The notes under the pieces are model-generated. The model worked only from the letters and a program-made list of their open reading frames with translations, ran no database searches and had not been told where the DNA came from. A stretch of DNA of 63,549 nt, counting the filler, from Hausera hauseri (lineage: Eukaryota), in assembly GCA_046269625.1 (NCBI GenBank). It is 11 parts of 11 records of this genome, joined end to end, with 100 filler letters (N's around TTAATTAATTAA, not from the genome) between each part and the next. Parts side by side here need not be neighbours in the genome. Positions count along the whole stretch, not along the records: positions 41,092 to 49,891 come from JBJURY010532120.1; positions 49,992 to 59,488 come from JBJURY010307720.1; positions 59,589 to 63,549 come from JBJURY010856300.1; 8 more parts are not named here. The stretch is one strand, 5' to 3'. Positions 49,001-62,500 of the stretch are shown here, piece after piece (position 1 is the stretch's first letter; each line of letters begins with the position of its first letter). Made by a program: the position numbers and the translations under genes.

Positions 49001-49891
49001 CCACGTTATTACACCAGACTGCCATTCTCCCCAACCATACCGAGTCGAAGCTCTTAAAAACATCCAGTTGCCACGTACGACCACCGAAATTCGTAGCTTT
49101 CTTGGCACACTCCACTTTGCACATAAATATGTGCCATATTGCTCGGAATTAACAGCTCCATTCGCACACCTAATCGGCGGCTAAAAACATCAACCAATCC
49201 AATGGACATCTGAATTGGTTGACAAATTCGACAAACTACGTGACGGCATCAAAACCGTAGATATTCTAGCCTTTTCCAAACCTGATGCAGAACTTATCCT
49301 CACTACAGACGCCTCAACCACCGCAGTAGGCGTTGTACTCCACCAAATCTAAAAGGGAGAAAACCAACCACTGGAATTTTTCTCCGCAAGCTAACAGCAC
49401 CTGAAACTCGTTATTCCACGTTTGATAGAAAACTATTGGCAATCGTTCTCGCTCTCAAACATTTCTCACACTTACTCGTCGCTCGTAATTTCACTCTACA
49501 AACTGACCACAAGCCTTTACATAACATCATGGCCATGAAACACCCCTCCACACGCCAAGAGAGACAAATATCATACTTGTCGACATTTAATTTCGATACT
49601 AAACATATCAACGGGGTTAACAATTTATTTGCTGATTTTTTATCGAGGTCGGTTAATTCGATTAGTTTTTCTCCGATTTTTACGCAAGAACAACTTCAAC
49701 AGAACCAGCCACCTCAAGACGTGCTTAAGTCTTTTAAATCTTGCACAATCGTTGACGGTGTGGCTTTGGACACCTCCAAACTAGGCCATTCCGTAATAAT
49801 TCTAGCACCTTCATTGCAAAGACAAGCATTTCACCACGTGCATTCATTACACCATCCTGGTGCTAAAGCCACTTTTCGTCTCCTCCATCGA
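46095..49891 (+). mobile_element. Ty3/Gypsy element copy C: Ubl-gag with two CHCC motifs, PR, RT, RNase H, start of IN; cut by the contig end
   Basis: CYYHSRFNTKAQKCCLGC and CIYHARFKNQARKCIPGC; FLIDTGA; YIDD; TTDAS; TDHKPL; HSLHHPG. Confidence 0.95.
46246..46449 (+). CDS. Ubiquitin-like domain (ends LRIRGG) in frame with Gag, copy C
   Basis: ...SSDFYLTLNGAIIHLNKTLPSLSNHACLHIHLRIRGG|MNSPP... is continuous with the capsid region in ORF 46126-47076. Confidence 0.75.
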
Positions 49892-49991
49892 NNNNNNNNN
49901 NNNNNNNNNNNNNNNNNNNNNNNNNNNNNNNNNNNTTAATTAATTAANNNNNNNNNNNNNNNNNNNNNNNNNNNNNNNNNNNNNNNNNNNN

Positions 49992-52900
49992 ACTCCGTCG
50001 CCCTCTGACATTATCTGTCACTCCTTCGCGTTGTGTCCCTCTCTCAATCTCTCTACCTACCTCTCTCTCCAACTTTCTTTTTCCCTCTCGCCCTCATTCT
50101 CCCCCTCTCTCCTTCTCTCTCCCTCTGTCTCTGCCTATCTCTGTCACTCTCTTTTTTTCTCCATCTCTTTCTCTCTCTCCTTCCGTTTCTCTCGCCTTTT
50201 CTCTCCCTCTCTCTCTCCTCCTCTCTCTCCTTCTCTCCCTATCTCCCTTCTCCTCTCTCTCTCACCCTTTCTCTCCCTCTCTCCCTCTCACTCTCTCTCC
50301 TTCTCTCTATCACTCCGTCGCCCTCTGACATTATCTGTCACTCCTTCGCGTTGTGTCCCTCTCTCAATGTCTCCTTTTCGCTCTCCCTTTCTCCCACTCT
50401 CTCTCCCCTCTCTCTCTCCCTTACTCTGTCTCCCTTTCTCTCTACCTTTTATCACTCGCTCCCCCTCTCTCTCTTCCTCTCTCCCACGCTTTCTCTCCCT
50501 CTCTCTCCCTCTCACGCTCTCCTTATCTCTATTCCTCTTTGGCTCTCTCTTTCTCCCTCTCTCTCGCCCTCCCTCTATCTCTCTGTCCCTCTGTCCCTCT
50601 CTCTCTCCTTCTCTAACTCTCTCCCTCTCTCTCCCCTCTCTTATTCCTGCTCTCCCTCACCCTTTCTTTCTCCCTATCGCCCCCTATTTCTCTCCCTCTC
50701 TCTCTGTCTCCCTCTTTCTCTCCCAATCTCTCTCCCCTCTCTTTTTCTATTCTCTCACTCCATATCTCTATCCTTCTCTCTCTTCCTCTCTCTGGCTCTC
50801 TATTTCTACCTCTCTCTCCCTCCTTCTCTATCTCTCTCCCTCTCTCTCGCTCTCTCTATCCAGCCCCTACCCCTTGTCTGTATCCCACTCTCTCTCCCCC
50901 TCTTTCTCTCNNNNNNNNNNNNNNNNNNNNNNNNNNNNNNNNNNNNNNNNNNNNNNNNNNNNNNNNNNNNNNNNNNNNNNNNNNNNNNNNNNNNNNNNNN
51001 NNNNNNNNNNNNNNNNNNNNNNNNNNNNNNNNNNNNNNNNNNNNNNNNNNNNNNNNNNNNNNNNNNNNNNNNNNNNNNNNNNNNNNNNNNNTATCCTCCC
51101 CTCTCGCTCTCTCTTTTCTCGCCCTCTGTCCCTCACCCTCTGTCCCTCCCTCTCTCCCTATTTCTCTGTCCATCTCCCAATATCTCTATCCCTCTCTCTC
51201 TATCTCCCTATCCCTCCCCGTCTCTCGCTCCCTCTCTCTCTCCCTCTCCCTCTTTCTCTGTCCCTCTCCCAATGTCTCTCTCCCTCTTTATATCTTTCTC
51301 TCCCTCCCTCTTTATCTCCCTCTCTCTCTCCATCTCTCGCTCTCTCCATCTCTCTTCTCCTCTCTCGCTCTCTCTTTCTTCCTCTCACTCTCTCCCTCTT
51401 TCTTTCTACCTCTCCTTCTCTCGCTCGCTCTTCGTCTCTCACTCCTCCTCTCTCGTTCTCGCCCTCTCTCTATGCCTCACTCTCTCTCCGTCTCTCCCTT
51501 CCGCTATCTCTCTCGCCCTCTCTCTCTTTCTCTATCTCTTTCCCTCTCTCCCGCCCGCTCTTACTCCTTCTCTCTGTCCCTCTCTTTCTGCCTATCTCCC
51601 TCCATCTCTCTGTCCCTCTCTCTCCCCCTACTTCTCTCCTCTCTCTCACCCCTCCTTTCTCCCCTTTCTCATTTGATATATCTCTCCCGCCCTCTCTCCC
51701 TCTATCTATCCCCTCTTTTTCTCCACTCTCTCTCCCTCTCTGTCCCCTTTCTCTCTCCCTCGCCGTCTCTCCCGCTCTCTCCCACTCTCACTCCCTCACT
51801 TTCTCTTTCTCTATCGCTCCCTCTCTCTATCTATCTCCCTCTCCCTTTCTCTCTTTCCCTCTCATTCTCCTTCTCTTTCTCCCTGCCTCTCTTTCTCTCT
51901 CTCGCTCTCCGTCTCTCTATCCTCCACTCTCGCTCTCTCTCTATCCTCCACTCTCGCTCTCTCTCCCTCACTCTCTCTCTTTTCTCTCCCTCTCTCCCTG
52001 CCCTCTCTCGCTCCCTCTCTCTCTCCCTCTTTATCTGTCCCTCTCCCAATGTCTCGCTCCCTCTCTATCTTCCTCTCTCACTCCATTTCTCGCTCTCTCC
52101 ATCTCTCTTTTCCTGTCTCGCTTTATCTTTCTCCCTCAAACTCCCTCTCTTTCTTTCTGCCGCTCTTTCTCTCTCTCACCCTCCGTCTCTCTCTCCTCCT
52201 CTCTCGTTCTCTCCCTCTCTATAGGCCTCACTCTCTCTCCTTCTCTCCCTCTCTCCCGCCCCCTATCTCTGTCCCTCTCTCTCTCCCTTTCTCTCCCTCT
52301 CTCTCCCTCTCGCTATCTACCTCTCTTGCCCTCTCTCTCGCCCTTCCTCTCCCTCTCTGCCTCTCTTTTCCTCTCTGCGTCTGTCTGCCTCTCTCTCCCT
52401 CTCTGTGTCTGTCTGCCTCTCTCTCTTTCTCTATCTCTTTCCCTCTCTCTCCCGCTTTTACACCCTCTCTCTCTCCCTCTCTTTCTGCCTATCTCCCTCC
52501 CTCTGTCCCCCTCCTTCTCTCCTCTCTCTCTCACCCCTCCTTTCTCCCCTTTCTCATTCGATATCTCTCTCCCGCCCTCTCTCTCCCTCTATCTATCGCC
52601 TCTTTTACTCCCCTCTCTCGCCCTCTCTGTCCTTCTTTCTCTCTCCCTCTCCGTCTATACTACTCTCTCTCCCACTCTCCCACTCTCACTCCCTCACTTT
52701 CTCTTTCTCTCTCGCTACCTCTATCTATCTACCTCTCTTTCCTTTCTCTCTTTCCCTCCCTATCCATCTCTCCCTCACTCTCGCCTTCTCTCTCCCTCTC
52801 CTTCTCTCTCACTCTTTCTCCCTGTCTCTCCTTCTCTCTCCCCTCTCTCTCTTTGCCTCTCTCTCTCCCTCTCTTTCTCTCCCTCTCCTTCTCTCGCTCT

Positions 52901-55900
52901 CCGTCTCTATCTCCCCCTCTCTCACTCTCTTTCCCCTATCTCTCCTTCTCTCCCTCTCTCCCTTCTCGTCTCTCTCTCCCTCTTTCTCTTTCTCTTCCTT
53001 TCTCTCTCTTTCTCTCTCGCCCTCCCTCTCCCTCTGATTTTCTCTCTCTCTCCCTCGCGCTGTGTCCCTCTCTCTCCTCCTCTTTCTCGCTCCCTATTTA
53101 TCCCCCTCTTTCTCCCTCCCTGTCTCGCTACCACACTCTCGCTCTCTCTCCCTCTCTCTCTTTCTCTCTCGCTCTCCTCTATCCTTCTCTATCCCTCCCA
53201 CGATTTCTCGTTCTCCCCTCACTCTCCCTCTCTCCCCCTATCGCTCCTTCTCTCTCCCCTCTCTTTCCCTTAGCCACTCTTTCTCTCTCTCGCTCTCCGT
53301 CCCTCTCTCTCCCACTATATCGCTATCTCTCCATCTCTCTCAACCACAATCTCACCCCTTCTCCCCCTCTCTTTCCCTCTTTCTCTGGTCCTCTCCCAAT
53401 GTCTCTCTCCCTCTCTCTCCGCATCTTGCCCTCTCTCTCCCTATCTCCCTCACTCTGACCCCTCTCTCCCTCTCTCTTTCCGTCTCTATCTCCCTCTCTC
53501 TCTCCATCTCTCGCTTTCTCAATCTATCTATTCCTCTCTTGCTCTCTCTTTCTTTCTCCGCCTCTCTCTCCATCTCTCATACTCTCTCCCATTTTCTTTC
53601 TTCCTCTCTCTCTCCCTCTCTCTCCACCTCTCTCCTTCTCTCTCTCCCTCTGTCTCTGCCTCTCTCTCCCTCTATTTCTTTCTCCCTCCCTTTCTCTCTC
53701 TCTCCGTCTCTCTCTCCTCCTCTCTCCCTGTCTCTCCCTGTCTCTCCCCCTCTCTCTCCTTCTCTCCCTCTCTCCCTCCTCCTCTCTCTCTCTTTCTTTC
53801 TCTTTGCATCCCTCCCTCTCTCTCACTCTTTCTCTCCTTCTCTTTCCCTCTCACTCTCTCTTCTTCTCTCTTTATCCCTCTCCGTCTCTTTCTCTATCTC
53901 TCTATGTCTTTCTCTCCCCCCTCTCTCCCTCTCTATGTCCCTCTTGCACACTCCTCTCTCTCCCCTTCGCTCGCTCCCTAGCTCGCTCACTCTCTCTCGC
54001 CCTCCACATCTCTCTCCCACTCTCTGTCCCTCTTTCTCCCTCTATATCTCTATCCTTCTCTATCTCTTTCATTCCCTCTCTCTCTCCCTCTCCGTCTCTC
54101 TCTTCTCTCTCCTTCTCTCTCCCACGCTTTATCTTTCTTCCTCTCACTCTCCCTCTCTCCCCTCCTCTCTCTCTCCTTCTATCTTTCCCTCTCTCGCTGT
54201 CCCTCTCACTCTTCATCTCTTTCTCTTTGCCTCAATTTTTCTCTCTCGCTCTCCGTCTCTCTCACCCTCTTTCACTCTCTCTCGGTCTCTCTCCCTCACA
54301 CTCTCTTTCTCTCCCTCTCTCCATCCCCCTCTCTCACTCCCTCTCTCTCCTTCTTTCTCTGTCCCTCTACCTATGTCTCTCTCCCTCTCTCTCTCTATCT
54401 CTTCCTCCCTTTCTATCTCCCTCTCTCTCTCCATCTCTCGATCTCTCCACCTTTCTCTTCCTCTCTCGCTCTCTATTTCTCCCTCTCTCTCCCCTCCCTC
54501 TTTCCAATTTACTCTCTCTCCCTCTCTCTCTCACTCTTTATCTCTCGCTGCCTCTCTCTCCCTCTCTCTCACTCTTTCTCTCCCTCTCTTTCCCTCTCAC
54601 TCTCTCTCCTTCTCTCTGTATCCCCCTCCCCTATCTCCATCTCTCTCTCCTTCTCTTTCTCTCTCCCTCTATTTCTCTATCTCACTGCGTCTCTCTCTCG
54701 CCCACTCTCTGCCTCTCTGTGTCCCTCTCGCACACTCCCTCTCTCTCCCTCCCTCTCTCTCCCTCTGTCGCTCCCTCTCTCCCGCTCTCCCTCTATCTTT
54801 CTCTCTCCTTCTCTCTCTCTGCCACGCTTTCTCTTTCTCCCTCTCCCTCTCCCTCTCTCCCCCTCTCTCTCCTTCTGTCCCTCTCTCCCTCCGACTCTGT
54901 CTCTCCCTCTCTCCATATATCTCTGTCCCTCTCCCAATGTCTCTCTCCCTCTCTCTCTATCTCCCTCTCCCTCCCCCTCTCTCTCTCCCTCTTTCTCTGT
55001 CCCTCTCAAAATGTCTCTCTCCCTCTCTCTCAATCACTCTATCTACCTCTCTCTACCCGCTCTCTCCCTCTCTCTCCCACTTTCTTCCTGCCCCTCTCAG
55101 CCTCTCTCTCCCTCTCTTTCTCTCTCCCTCTCTTTCTCGCCGTCTCTCCTCCTCTCTCCCTTTATCTCGCTCTAACACTTTCTCTACTTCTCTGTATCCC
55201 TCCCTCTTCCTCTGTCTTTCTCTTTCTTTCCCACGCTTTCCCTTTAGCCCTCTCACTCTCCCGCTCTCTCCCCCTCTCTCTATCCCTCTCCCCCTCTTTC
55301 TCTCTCACTCTCCTTCTATCGCTCCCTCTCTTGCTCTCCCTCTCTTGCTGCTTCTGTCTCTTCTGTCTCTCTCTCCTTCTCTATCTTTCACCCTCTCTCC
55401 CTCTCTCTGCATCTCTGTGCCCCTCTCCCTATCTCACTCTCCCCATCTCTCTCTCGCCCTCTCTCCCACTCTCTATCGACATCTCTCTCCCCATCTTTCT
55501 CTCCCCTTCCCCACTCTCTTTCTCCCCTCTCTCGCTCCATATCTCTCTCACCCTCACTCTCCCCCTCTCTCTCCCTCTATCTCTCTGCCACTCTCTCTCC
55601 CTCTCTCGCCCCCTGTCTGTCGCTCTCCCTCTCTTGCTCCCTGTGCCTCTCCTCTCTCTCTCCCTCCCCCCTCTCCCTCTTTTCTCTCTCTTCCCCTCTC
55701 TACCTTCCTCTCATTCCCCCGCTTGTTCGCCCTCTCTCTCCTCTCTTTCTCCGCACTTCTGCTCCATATCTCTACCACTCTCTCTCCCTCTTTCCGTCTC
55801 TATCTCTCCCTCTCACTCTTTCTGTCCCTCTATCTCATTCTCACTCTTTCTCTCCTTCTATCCCTCCTTCCCTCTCCTTCTGACTTTCTCTCTCTCCCTC

Positions 55901-58900
55901 TCGCTCTCCCCCTCTTTCTCGCTCTCTCCCTCTCTCTCACGCTTTCTACCCCTCCATGTCCCTCTAAATCTCTTTCTCCCTCTCTGTCACTCTTTCTCTC
56001 CCTCTCTATCCCTCTGGCTCTCTCTCTCATTCTCTCTCCCCACCCTCTCCTTCTGACTTACTCTCTCTCCCTCTCTCGCTCCCTCCTTCTCGCTCTCCTT
56101 TATATCTCCCTCTGTCTGTCCCTCTATCGCTCCCTGTCTCTCTCTCCCTCCCTCTCTCTCCCCTCTCTCCCTCTCTGTGTCCCACTCGCACACTCCCCCT
56201 CGCTCTCCCTTGGTAGCTTTCTCTCTCTTGCGCTCCCCTTCTCTCTCTTTCTCTCTGTCCTTCTCTCTCGCCCCTGTTCTATCTATCTCCTTCTCGCTCC
56301 CTTTCTCTAACTCTTTCTCTCCCTCCATCTCTCTCCCACTCTCGCTGCCTCTCTCGCGCTACCTTTCTCTCGCTCTGCCTAGCTCTCTCTTTCTCTTTCT
56401 CCTTCTCTCTACTTCTCTCCCCCACGCTTTCTCTTTCTACCTCTTACTCTCTCTCCCTCTCACTCTCGCCCTCTCTGTCCCTCTTTCTTTCTCCCTCTCT
56501 CTCCCTCTCTCACCATCACCTTCTATCTCTCTCCTTCTCTGCATCCCTTTCTCCTCTCCCTCTCTCAATCGACGGCTCTCTCTCCCTCCCTCTCTGCATC
56601 TCTCTCCCTATCTCTTTCATTCTCTCTCTTTATATCTCCTTCACTCTCCCGCTCTCTCTCTCTCCTTCTCTCTCGCTCTCTCTCCCACCCCCTCTCTCCC
56701 CATCTGTCTCTCCTTCTCTCTCTTTCTCGCTCTCTCCCTTTCTCTGTCTATCCCTCTTCCTCTCGCTCTCACTCTCACTCTCCCACTCTCTCGCTTTCAC
56801 ACTCTCTCTCCTTCTATCTCTCCTTCCCTGTCCTTATATCTTTCGCGACCTCTACCTCTCTCTCTCTCTCTACCCTTCTCTCTCGCACCGTCACTCTCTC
56901 ACTCTCTCTTCCTCCCTGTCTCTCCCTCACTCTCTCCCTATCTCTATTTACCTCTCTCTCCCTCTCTCCTTCTCTCTCTCACTCTCTCTATCCTTCTCTA
57001 TTTATCTACCTCTGTCTCTCCTCTTTCTTCCTCCCTCGCTCTCTCCCTTTCTTTCGCTCTACCACTTTCGCTCATTTTTTCTCGCCTTCTCTATCTCTCT
57101 CCCTCTCTATCCCTCCCTCTCTCTCTCTATTTCTCTCTCCCTCTTTTTTTCTCTCTGTCTCCGTCTCTCTATCCCACTCTCGCTCTCCCTCTCTACCTCC
57201 TCTTACTCTGTCTCTATCCCACCCCCTCTCTCCCTCTCTCGCCACTCTCTTTCTCCACTCTCTCACTCCATATCTCTCTCCCCGTCTCTCTGCCTCTTTC
57301 TATCCCTCTCTCTGTCCCCTCTTTTTATCTCCTCTCTCTCTCTACTTCTCTCTCTCCCTCTCTTTCTCTTTCCCTCTCTTGTTCTCTCGCTCTCTCCGTC
57401 TCATTCTCTCCCGCACTCCGTCTCTCTCTCCCGCTCTTTCGCTCCCTCGCCCTCTCCCTCTCTCCCTCTATATCACACTTTGTCGCCCTCTCTCTCCCTC
57501 TCACTATCTCAGCTTCTCTCTCTCCCTCCCTCCCCTTCCCTCCCGCTCTCTCTCCGCCATTCTCCTTCCCTCTCTCATTCTCTAGCTTTGTCCCTCTCTG
57601 TGTCCCTTTCTCTCTCCCACTCTCTCTCTCCCTCTTTCTCTTTCCCTCTCTTTCTCCCTCTCTCTCCTTCCCACTCTCTCTTTCGCTCCCTCACTCCCTC
57701 TGTCTCTCTCCCACTATCTTCCCCTTCTCTCTCCCTCTATCTACCCCTCTTTCTCTCCTTCTCTCTCCCTTCTCTTTTTCCCCTCTATCACGCCATATCT
57801 ATCTCCCCCTCTCTGTCCCTCTCTCTGTCCCCTCTCTTTCTCCCATCTCTCTCCCTCTCTCTCCATCTCTCTCTCCCTCTCTCACACATTCTCTTTCTCT
57901 CTCCATATCTTTCTCTCTCTCCCTCCGTCTCTCTCTCCCGCTCTCCATCTCACCCTCTCCCGCTCTTTCGCTCTCTCTCACTCTTTCTATCCCTCTCTCT
58001 CCCTCTCACTCTCTCGGCTTCTTTCTCTCCCTCCCTCCCCATCTGATTTTCTCTCTGTCTCCTCCTAGCACTCTCCTTCTCTCTTTCTCCCTCTCTCTCT
58101 CCCTCTATCTATCTACCTCTCTCTATCTACCTCTCTCTCCCTCTTTCTCTCTCATTCTCTATCTCTGTCCCTTTCTCTCTCCCACTCTCTCTCTCCCTCT
58201 TTCTCTTTCTCTTTCCCTCTCCCTCTCCCTCTCTCCCTTTCCCACTCTCTCTCTCGCTCCCTCACTCCCTCTATCTCCATCTCCCCCTATCTTCCCCCTC
58301 TCTCTCTCCCTCTATCTACCCCTCTTTCTCTCCCTCTCTCTCCCCTCAATTTTTCCCTCTCTCACGCCATATCTATCTCCCCTCTCTGTCCCTCTATCTG
58401 TCCCTCTCTCTGTCCACTCTCTTTCTCCCATCTCTCTCCCTCTCTTTCTCCCTCTCTCACTCATTCTCTTTCTCTCTCCATCTCTTTCTCTCTCTCCCTC
58501 CGTCTCTCGCTCCCGCTCTCCGTCTCTCCCTCTCTCACTCTTTCTATCCCTCTCTCTCCCTCTCACTCTCTCGGCTTCTTTCTCTCCCTCCCTCCCCATC
58601 TGACTTTCTCTCTGTCTCCTCCTAGCACTCTCCTTCTCTCTTTCTCCCTCTCTCTCGCTCTCTCTTTCTCCCCCTCCCTCCCTCTCTCTATCTACCTCTC
58701 TCTCCTTCTCTCTCTCTCCCTCCCTCCCCTTTCCTCCCGCTCTCTATCCGTCTCTCTCCCTCTCTCTCTCATTCTCTATCTCTGTCCCTTTCTCTCTCCC
58801 ACTCTCTCTCTCCCTCTTTCTATTTCCTTCTCTCTCCCTCTCTCTCACTCTTTCTATCCCTCTCTCTCCCTCTCGCTCTCTCGACTTCTCTCTCTCCCTC

Positions 58901-59488
58901 AATCTCCCTCTGACTTTCTCTCTCTCCCTCTCGGACTCTCCCTCTGTCTCCCCATCTCTTTCCCTCTCTCTCTTTCTCCCTATTTCTCTCCCTCTCTCTC
59001 CCTCCCTCTCTCTCCCTCTCTCGCTCCCTCTCTCTCGTTCTCCCTCTCTTTCTTTCTCTCTCTCCTTCTCTCTCTCCCTCACTCTCACTCTCTCTCTCCT
59101 TGTCTCTGTCTCTCGCCCTCTCCCACTCTGTCTCTCTCTCCATCTCTCTCCCTCTCTCTCCCTATATCTACTGTCTCTCGTTCTCCCTCTCTGGCTTTCT
59201 CTGTCTCTCTCCTTCCCCCTCTCCCTGTCTCTCGCTATCTCTCTCTCGTCCTCTCTTTTTCTCTCTCTCCCTATCTCTGCCCTCTCCCTCTTCCTCCCTC
59301 TCTCTCTGCCCCCTCTCTGCCACCTCTCTCTCCTTCTCTCTCTACTTCTCTCTCTCTCCCTCTCACTCTCTCTCACTCTTTCTTTCTCTCCTCTCTCTGC
59401 ACCATCTCTCTGCCTCTCTATCTGCCCCCTCTCTCTCCCTCTCTCTCTCCTTCACTCTCTCCGCCTCTCTCTCTCCATCTCTCTCCTT
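49992..59488. repeat. CT-rich (polypyrimidine/polypurine) degenerate satellite with higher-order duplicated blocks
   Basis: About 9.5 kb of (CT)n/(CTCC)n variants. Recurring blocks include ACTCCGTCGCCCTCTGACATTATCTGTCACTCC at 49992 and 50312, and CACGCCATATCTATCTCC near 57789 and 58363. Confidence 0.97.
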
Positions 59489-59588
59489 NNNNNNNNNNNN
59501 NNNNNNNNNNNNNNNNNNNNNNNNNNNNNNNNTTAATTAATTAANNNNNNNNNNNNNNNNNNNNNNNNNNNNNNNNNNNNNNNNNNNN

Positions 59589-62500
59589 ACACCGCCAGAT
59601 CTAGATGTTATGATGAGACCTATGAGGTATTTGGTCACGAGACTTAGTTAAACAATTAATTTGGGCTAGACCTGAAAACTTTGAAGGAAATTTACAATTA
59701 GGCCAAGATTTAGAAATGGCGCTTGATAGATACGCCAGACATAATGATAGAAGTGATCGAAATAATGATCGAAATGATCGTAACGACAGAAATCGAAATG
59801 ATAACCCTGGAAGAGAAGATAGACGATTTATGGGTAAGAAAAATTATGGGAACCGAAATAATAATAGCAGTTACAGAAATGGTGGAGGTAATAATCATAC
59901 GAACAGATCATATTTTAACTGGGATACAAATAGAGGAAATTATAAAGGCTCGAATTACTCGAATCAAAATAACAATAACCAAAATAATGATAATCGACGA
60001 AATGCAGATAATGCACAAGGTTTGTCAAACCAATTTAATAAAAGTATAAATAGATCAAAGTCACCGGTGAACGAAGACGGTCGACAAAGAGTCGGCAGAA
60101 ATGGAAACTTGGTTTGTTTCACTTGCGGTAAGGAAAGACATATTTCATGGTCATGTCCAAATCCGCGTAGCGTTTAATTTACGGAACCAAATAAGACTAG
60201 TATAATTAGAATCAATGAAAATTTAGAAGCAAAGTATGGTGTTCGTGGAGACACAGGCACTATCATCGACATTCAAGACTTAAGAAAATTTCTAGATGCC
60301 CAGCCGGAGACTAATAATCTACAAATTTTGATGGCCAGAAAAGAATACGGAGATAAGCTGAGACTACTAGAAGTGTATCACGGTTTGGCAGAACCAGAAA
60401 CTGACTATGAGCATGCGATAGCACCTAAGCGAATTGATATGACACAAAAAAGAGTATCCCGTCAAGTTACAAACCATCTGATAAACCAGGCACATCAACA
60501 GCAGTCGACTTAGATGCAGAGCCTGAGTTCACAGTTAAGAAAGTAGATAAGTCTAATGATGATGATACTGCAGAAAAGGAATTTATAGAGCCACTAATAC
60601 TTAAGATTACAAAAAATAGAGGTCGTAGTCCTTCCTTTAAAACGAAACGTAGAAGTCGCTCACGCTCCAAAGTAACTAGAGAGAAAATTGAAGAAACAGG
60701 AAGTCCGAACATCGCTGTAGAAGATGATGTGGACCATAGTTTGAATACACCAGAAATTGGTTCACTCACACCTGTCGGAGTGGTAGAGCTTAGTGATAAA
60801 ATTAACGAGATTTGCCCACGTCTCATTAGTGAGGTAGAAACGGAGAATACTGATGAATTCGATTTAAAGAAATGGAAAGTTTGACGTTCGTGGAAATATG
60901 CCGATAAGTTAAACAAAATGAGAATTAGATCCCATAATCCAGAGATATTGCAGCGAAATTTAGAAAGGCTTAAACAGATTAGCGAACAGGTAGATATATC
61001 CGGAAAGGAACAACAGTATGCCGAGAGGTTATACAAAAATTTGAAACTATGTAGCGAAGGGAAACTCGCCGAAGCAATCGATTTGAGACAATATGAGTAG
61101 GTATCACCTGAAACATTGTCAAAATGGAAGTATGAATTGGAGTCTTGGATCAAAAGCGGAGTACAATTTTTAGAAGGATAGAGCAAAAATGAAGTTAGAG
61201 TCGACGCAAAAGTCACTAAGGCCCAAACCCTATTGACAACCTTGGAAGCAAACCCAAAACTTAACAGGGTAGTCAGTAATCTGGAACGTATGATGGGCGA
61301 AATTCGTTGAGAAATGATCAATCGGCTTAGGAAAAAACCGGTTAACCACCGAAGCAACATTGATTTAGAGATATTGGGTATAGATCCAGTATATATTTCT
61401 CTCTTGATGGAGATGATAAAAATCGCACTTGCTACGGCCAAACAATATACAAACCTAGAAAATCGAGTTAAGATAGAAAATAAAAAGCGAGCACAGATTT
61501 ATAGTTTGAAAAACCGAATTGTCTCCAAACAACGAAGAAATTAAATGTGCAATAAAAGCCTGTATTATAGAATTTAATGAATATAAGGACGAGTTTAGTT
61601 ATGTCGGTCGTATTATGAATTTCGTAAGAGGGCCGGACGATGAGTTAAAAGATGCATATAAGATGCTAGATAAGGCTATAATGGCCGAGCCAATTATCGC
61701 AAATCAATTGTCGGAGTGGTCCGAATTAGTAACACGACTAAGCAGGTTAGTAAAAGACCGAAAAAAAGAATTTCAGCAAAGTGAGCCAATGGTAAAGAAT
61801 CAGTTAGAAGAAAGTGCACATGATTTAGGCACAATGCAAATAGAAATAAACATTCGTAATCAATTCGAAGCATTACGACGATTAAAATTTATGAAAAAGA
61901 AATAAGAAGCGTCCATACTGGAGGAGATCTATAAATTGGTCGAGGAGACGAATTTTAGAGAAAAGCGGAATACATTTACGATGTCAACTCAAAGTTAAAG
62001 GTTGCCCGACTAGAAGGAGTACAACACTTAACGGGAAAACCTATCGACGAGATATCTGTACAAGACATTGAAATCTTAGACATTTGTCCGGGACATCGAG
62101 TCACCATAACGGACGCGATAACATTTTTGCACAAACCACAAGAATAGAAGACCGGATCAGATCAGAATTTCCATATCGAGTTGACAAAAATAAGAGACGA
62201 CCCACATTTTAGTTTTCAGGAACACAAGTTCGTGAAGAAATTGTCGGATGCAATGGACCCCGACTCAAAAGTTATAAATGAGATGTATGAGTTGGCCTAT
62301 TTATTGGTAGAAATGGCAGAAATTAATGACGAGATGATGAAGCAATTGATGCCAAAAATACAGAAAGTAGAAGAAACATGTATCAAAACGAAATAAAGAG
62401 CAACGAAGCTAGATAAACTGGAGAGAGAATTCGAAATTTACCGATACAAATATGTTTTTGCGGAATCAGAAATCAAAAATAAGCGAGAATTCGTACAAAG

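Noticed and set aside
50031-59540. Very long S/L/P-rich and R/E/G-rich ORFs (up to 1082 aa)
   Set aside because: By-product of a CT satellite that rarely forms stop codons; open in several frames with no domain signal.
5046-59544. Regularly recurring TTAATTAATTAA as a biological repeat or CRISPR-like array
   Set aside because: Always flanked by 44 N on each side; an assembly spacer with six-frame stops.
60241-60275. GVRGDTGTII (and GVRRDTGMII in the sister copy) as a retropepsin active site
   Set aside because: Lacks the hydrophobic residues before D and a downstream ILGxD motif. Not excluded, but unsupported.
60467-61441. 324-aa minus-strand ORF
   Set aside because: Antisense shadow of the + strand gag extension, whose translation is the one conserved with the sister copy.
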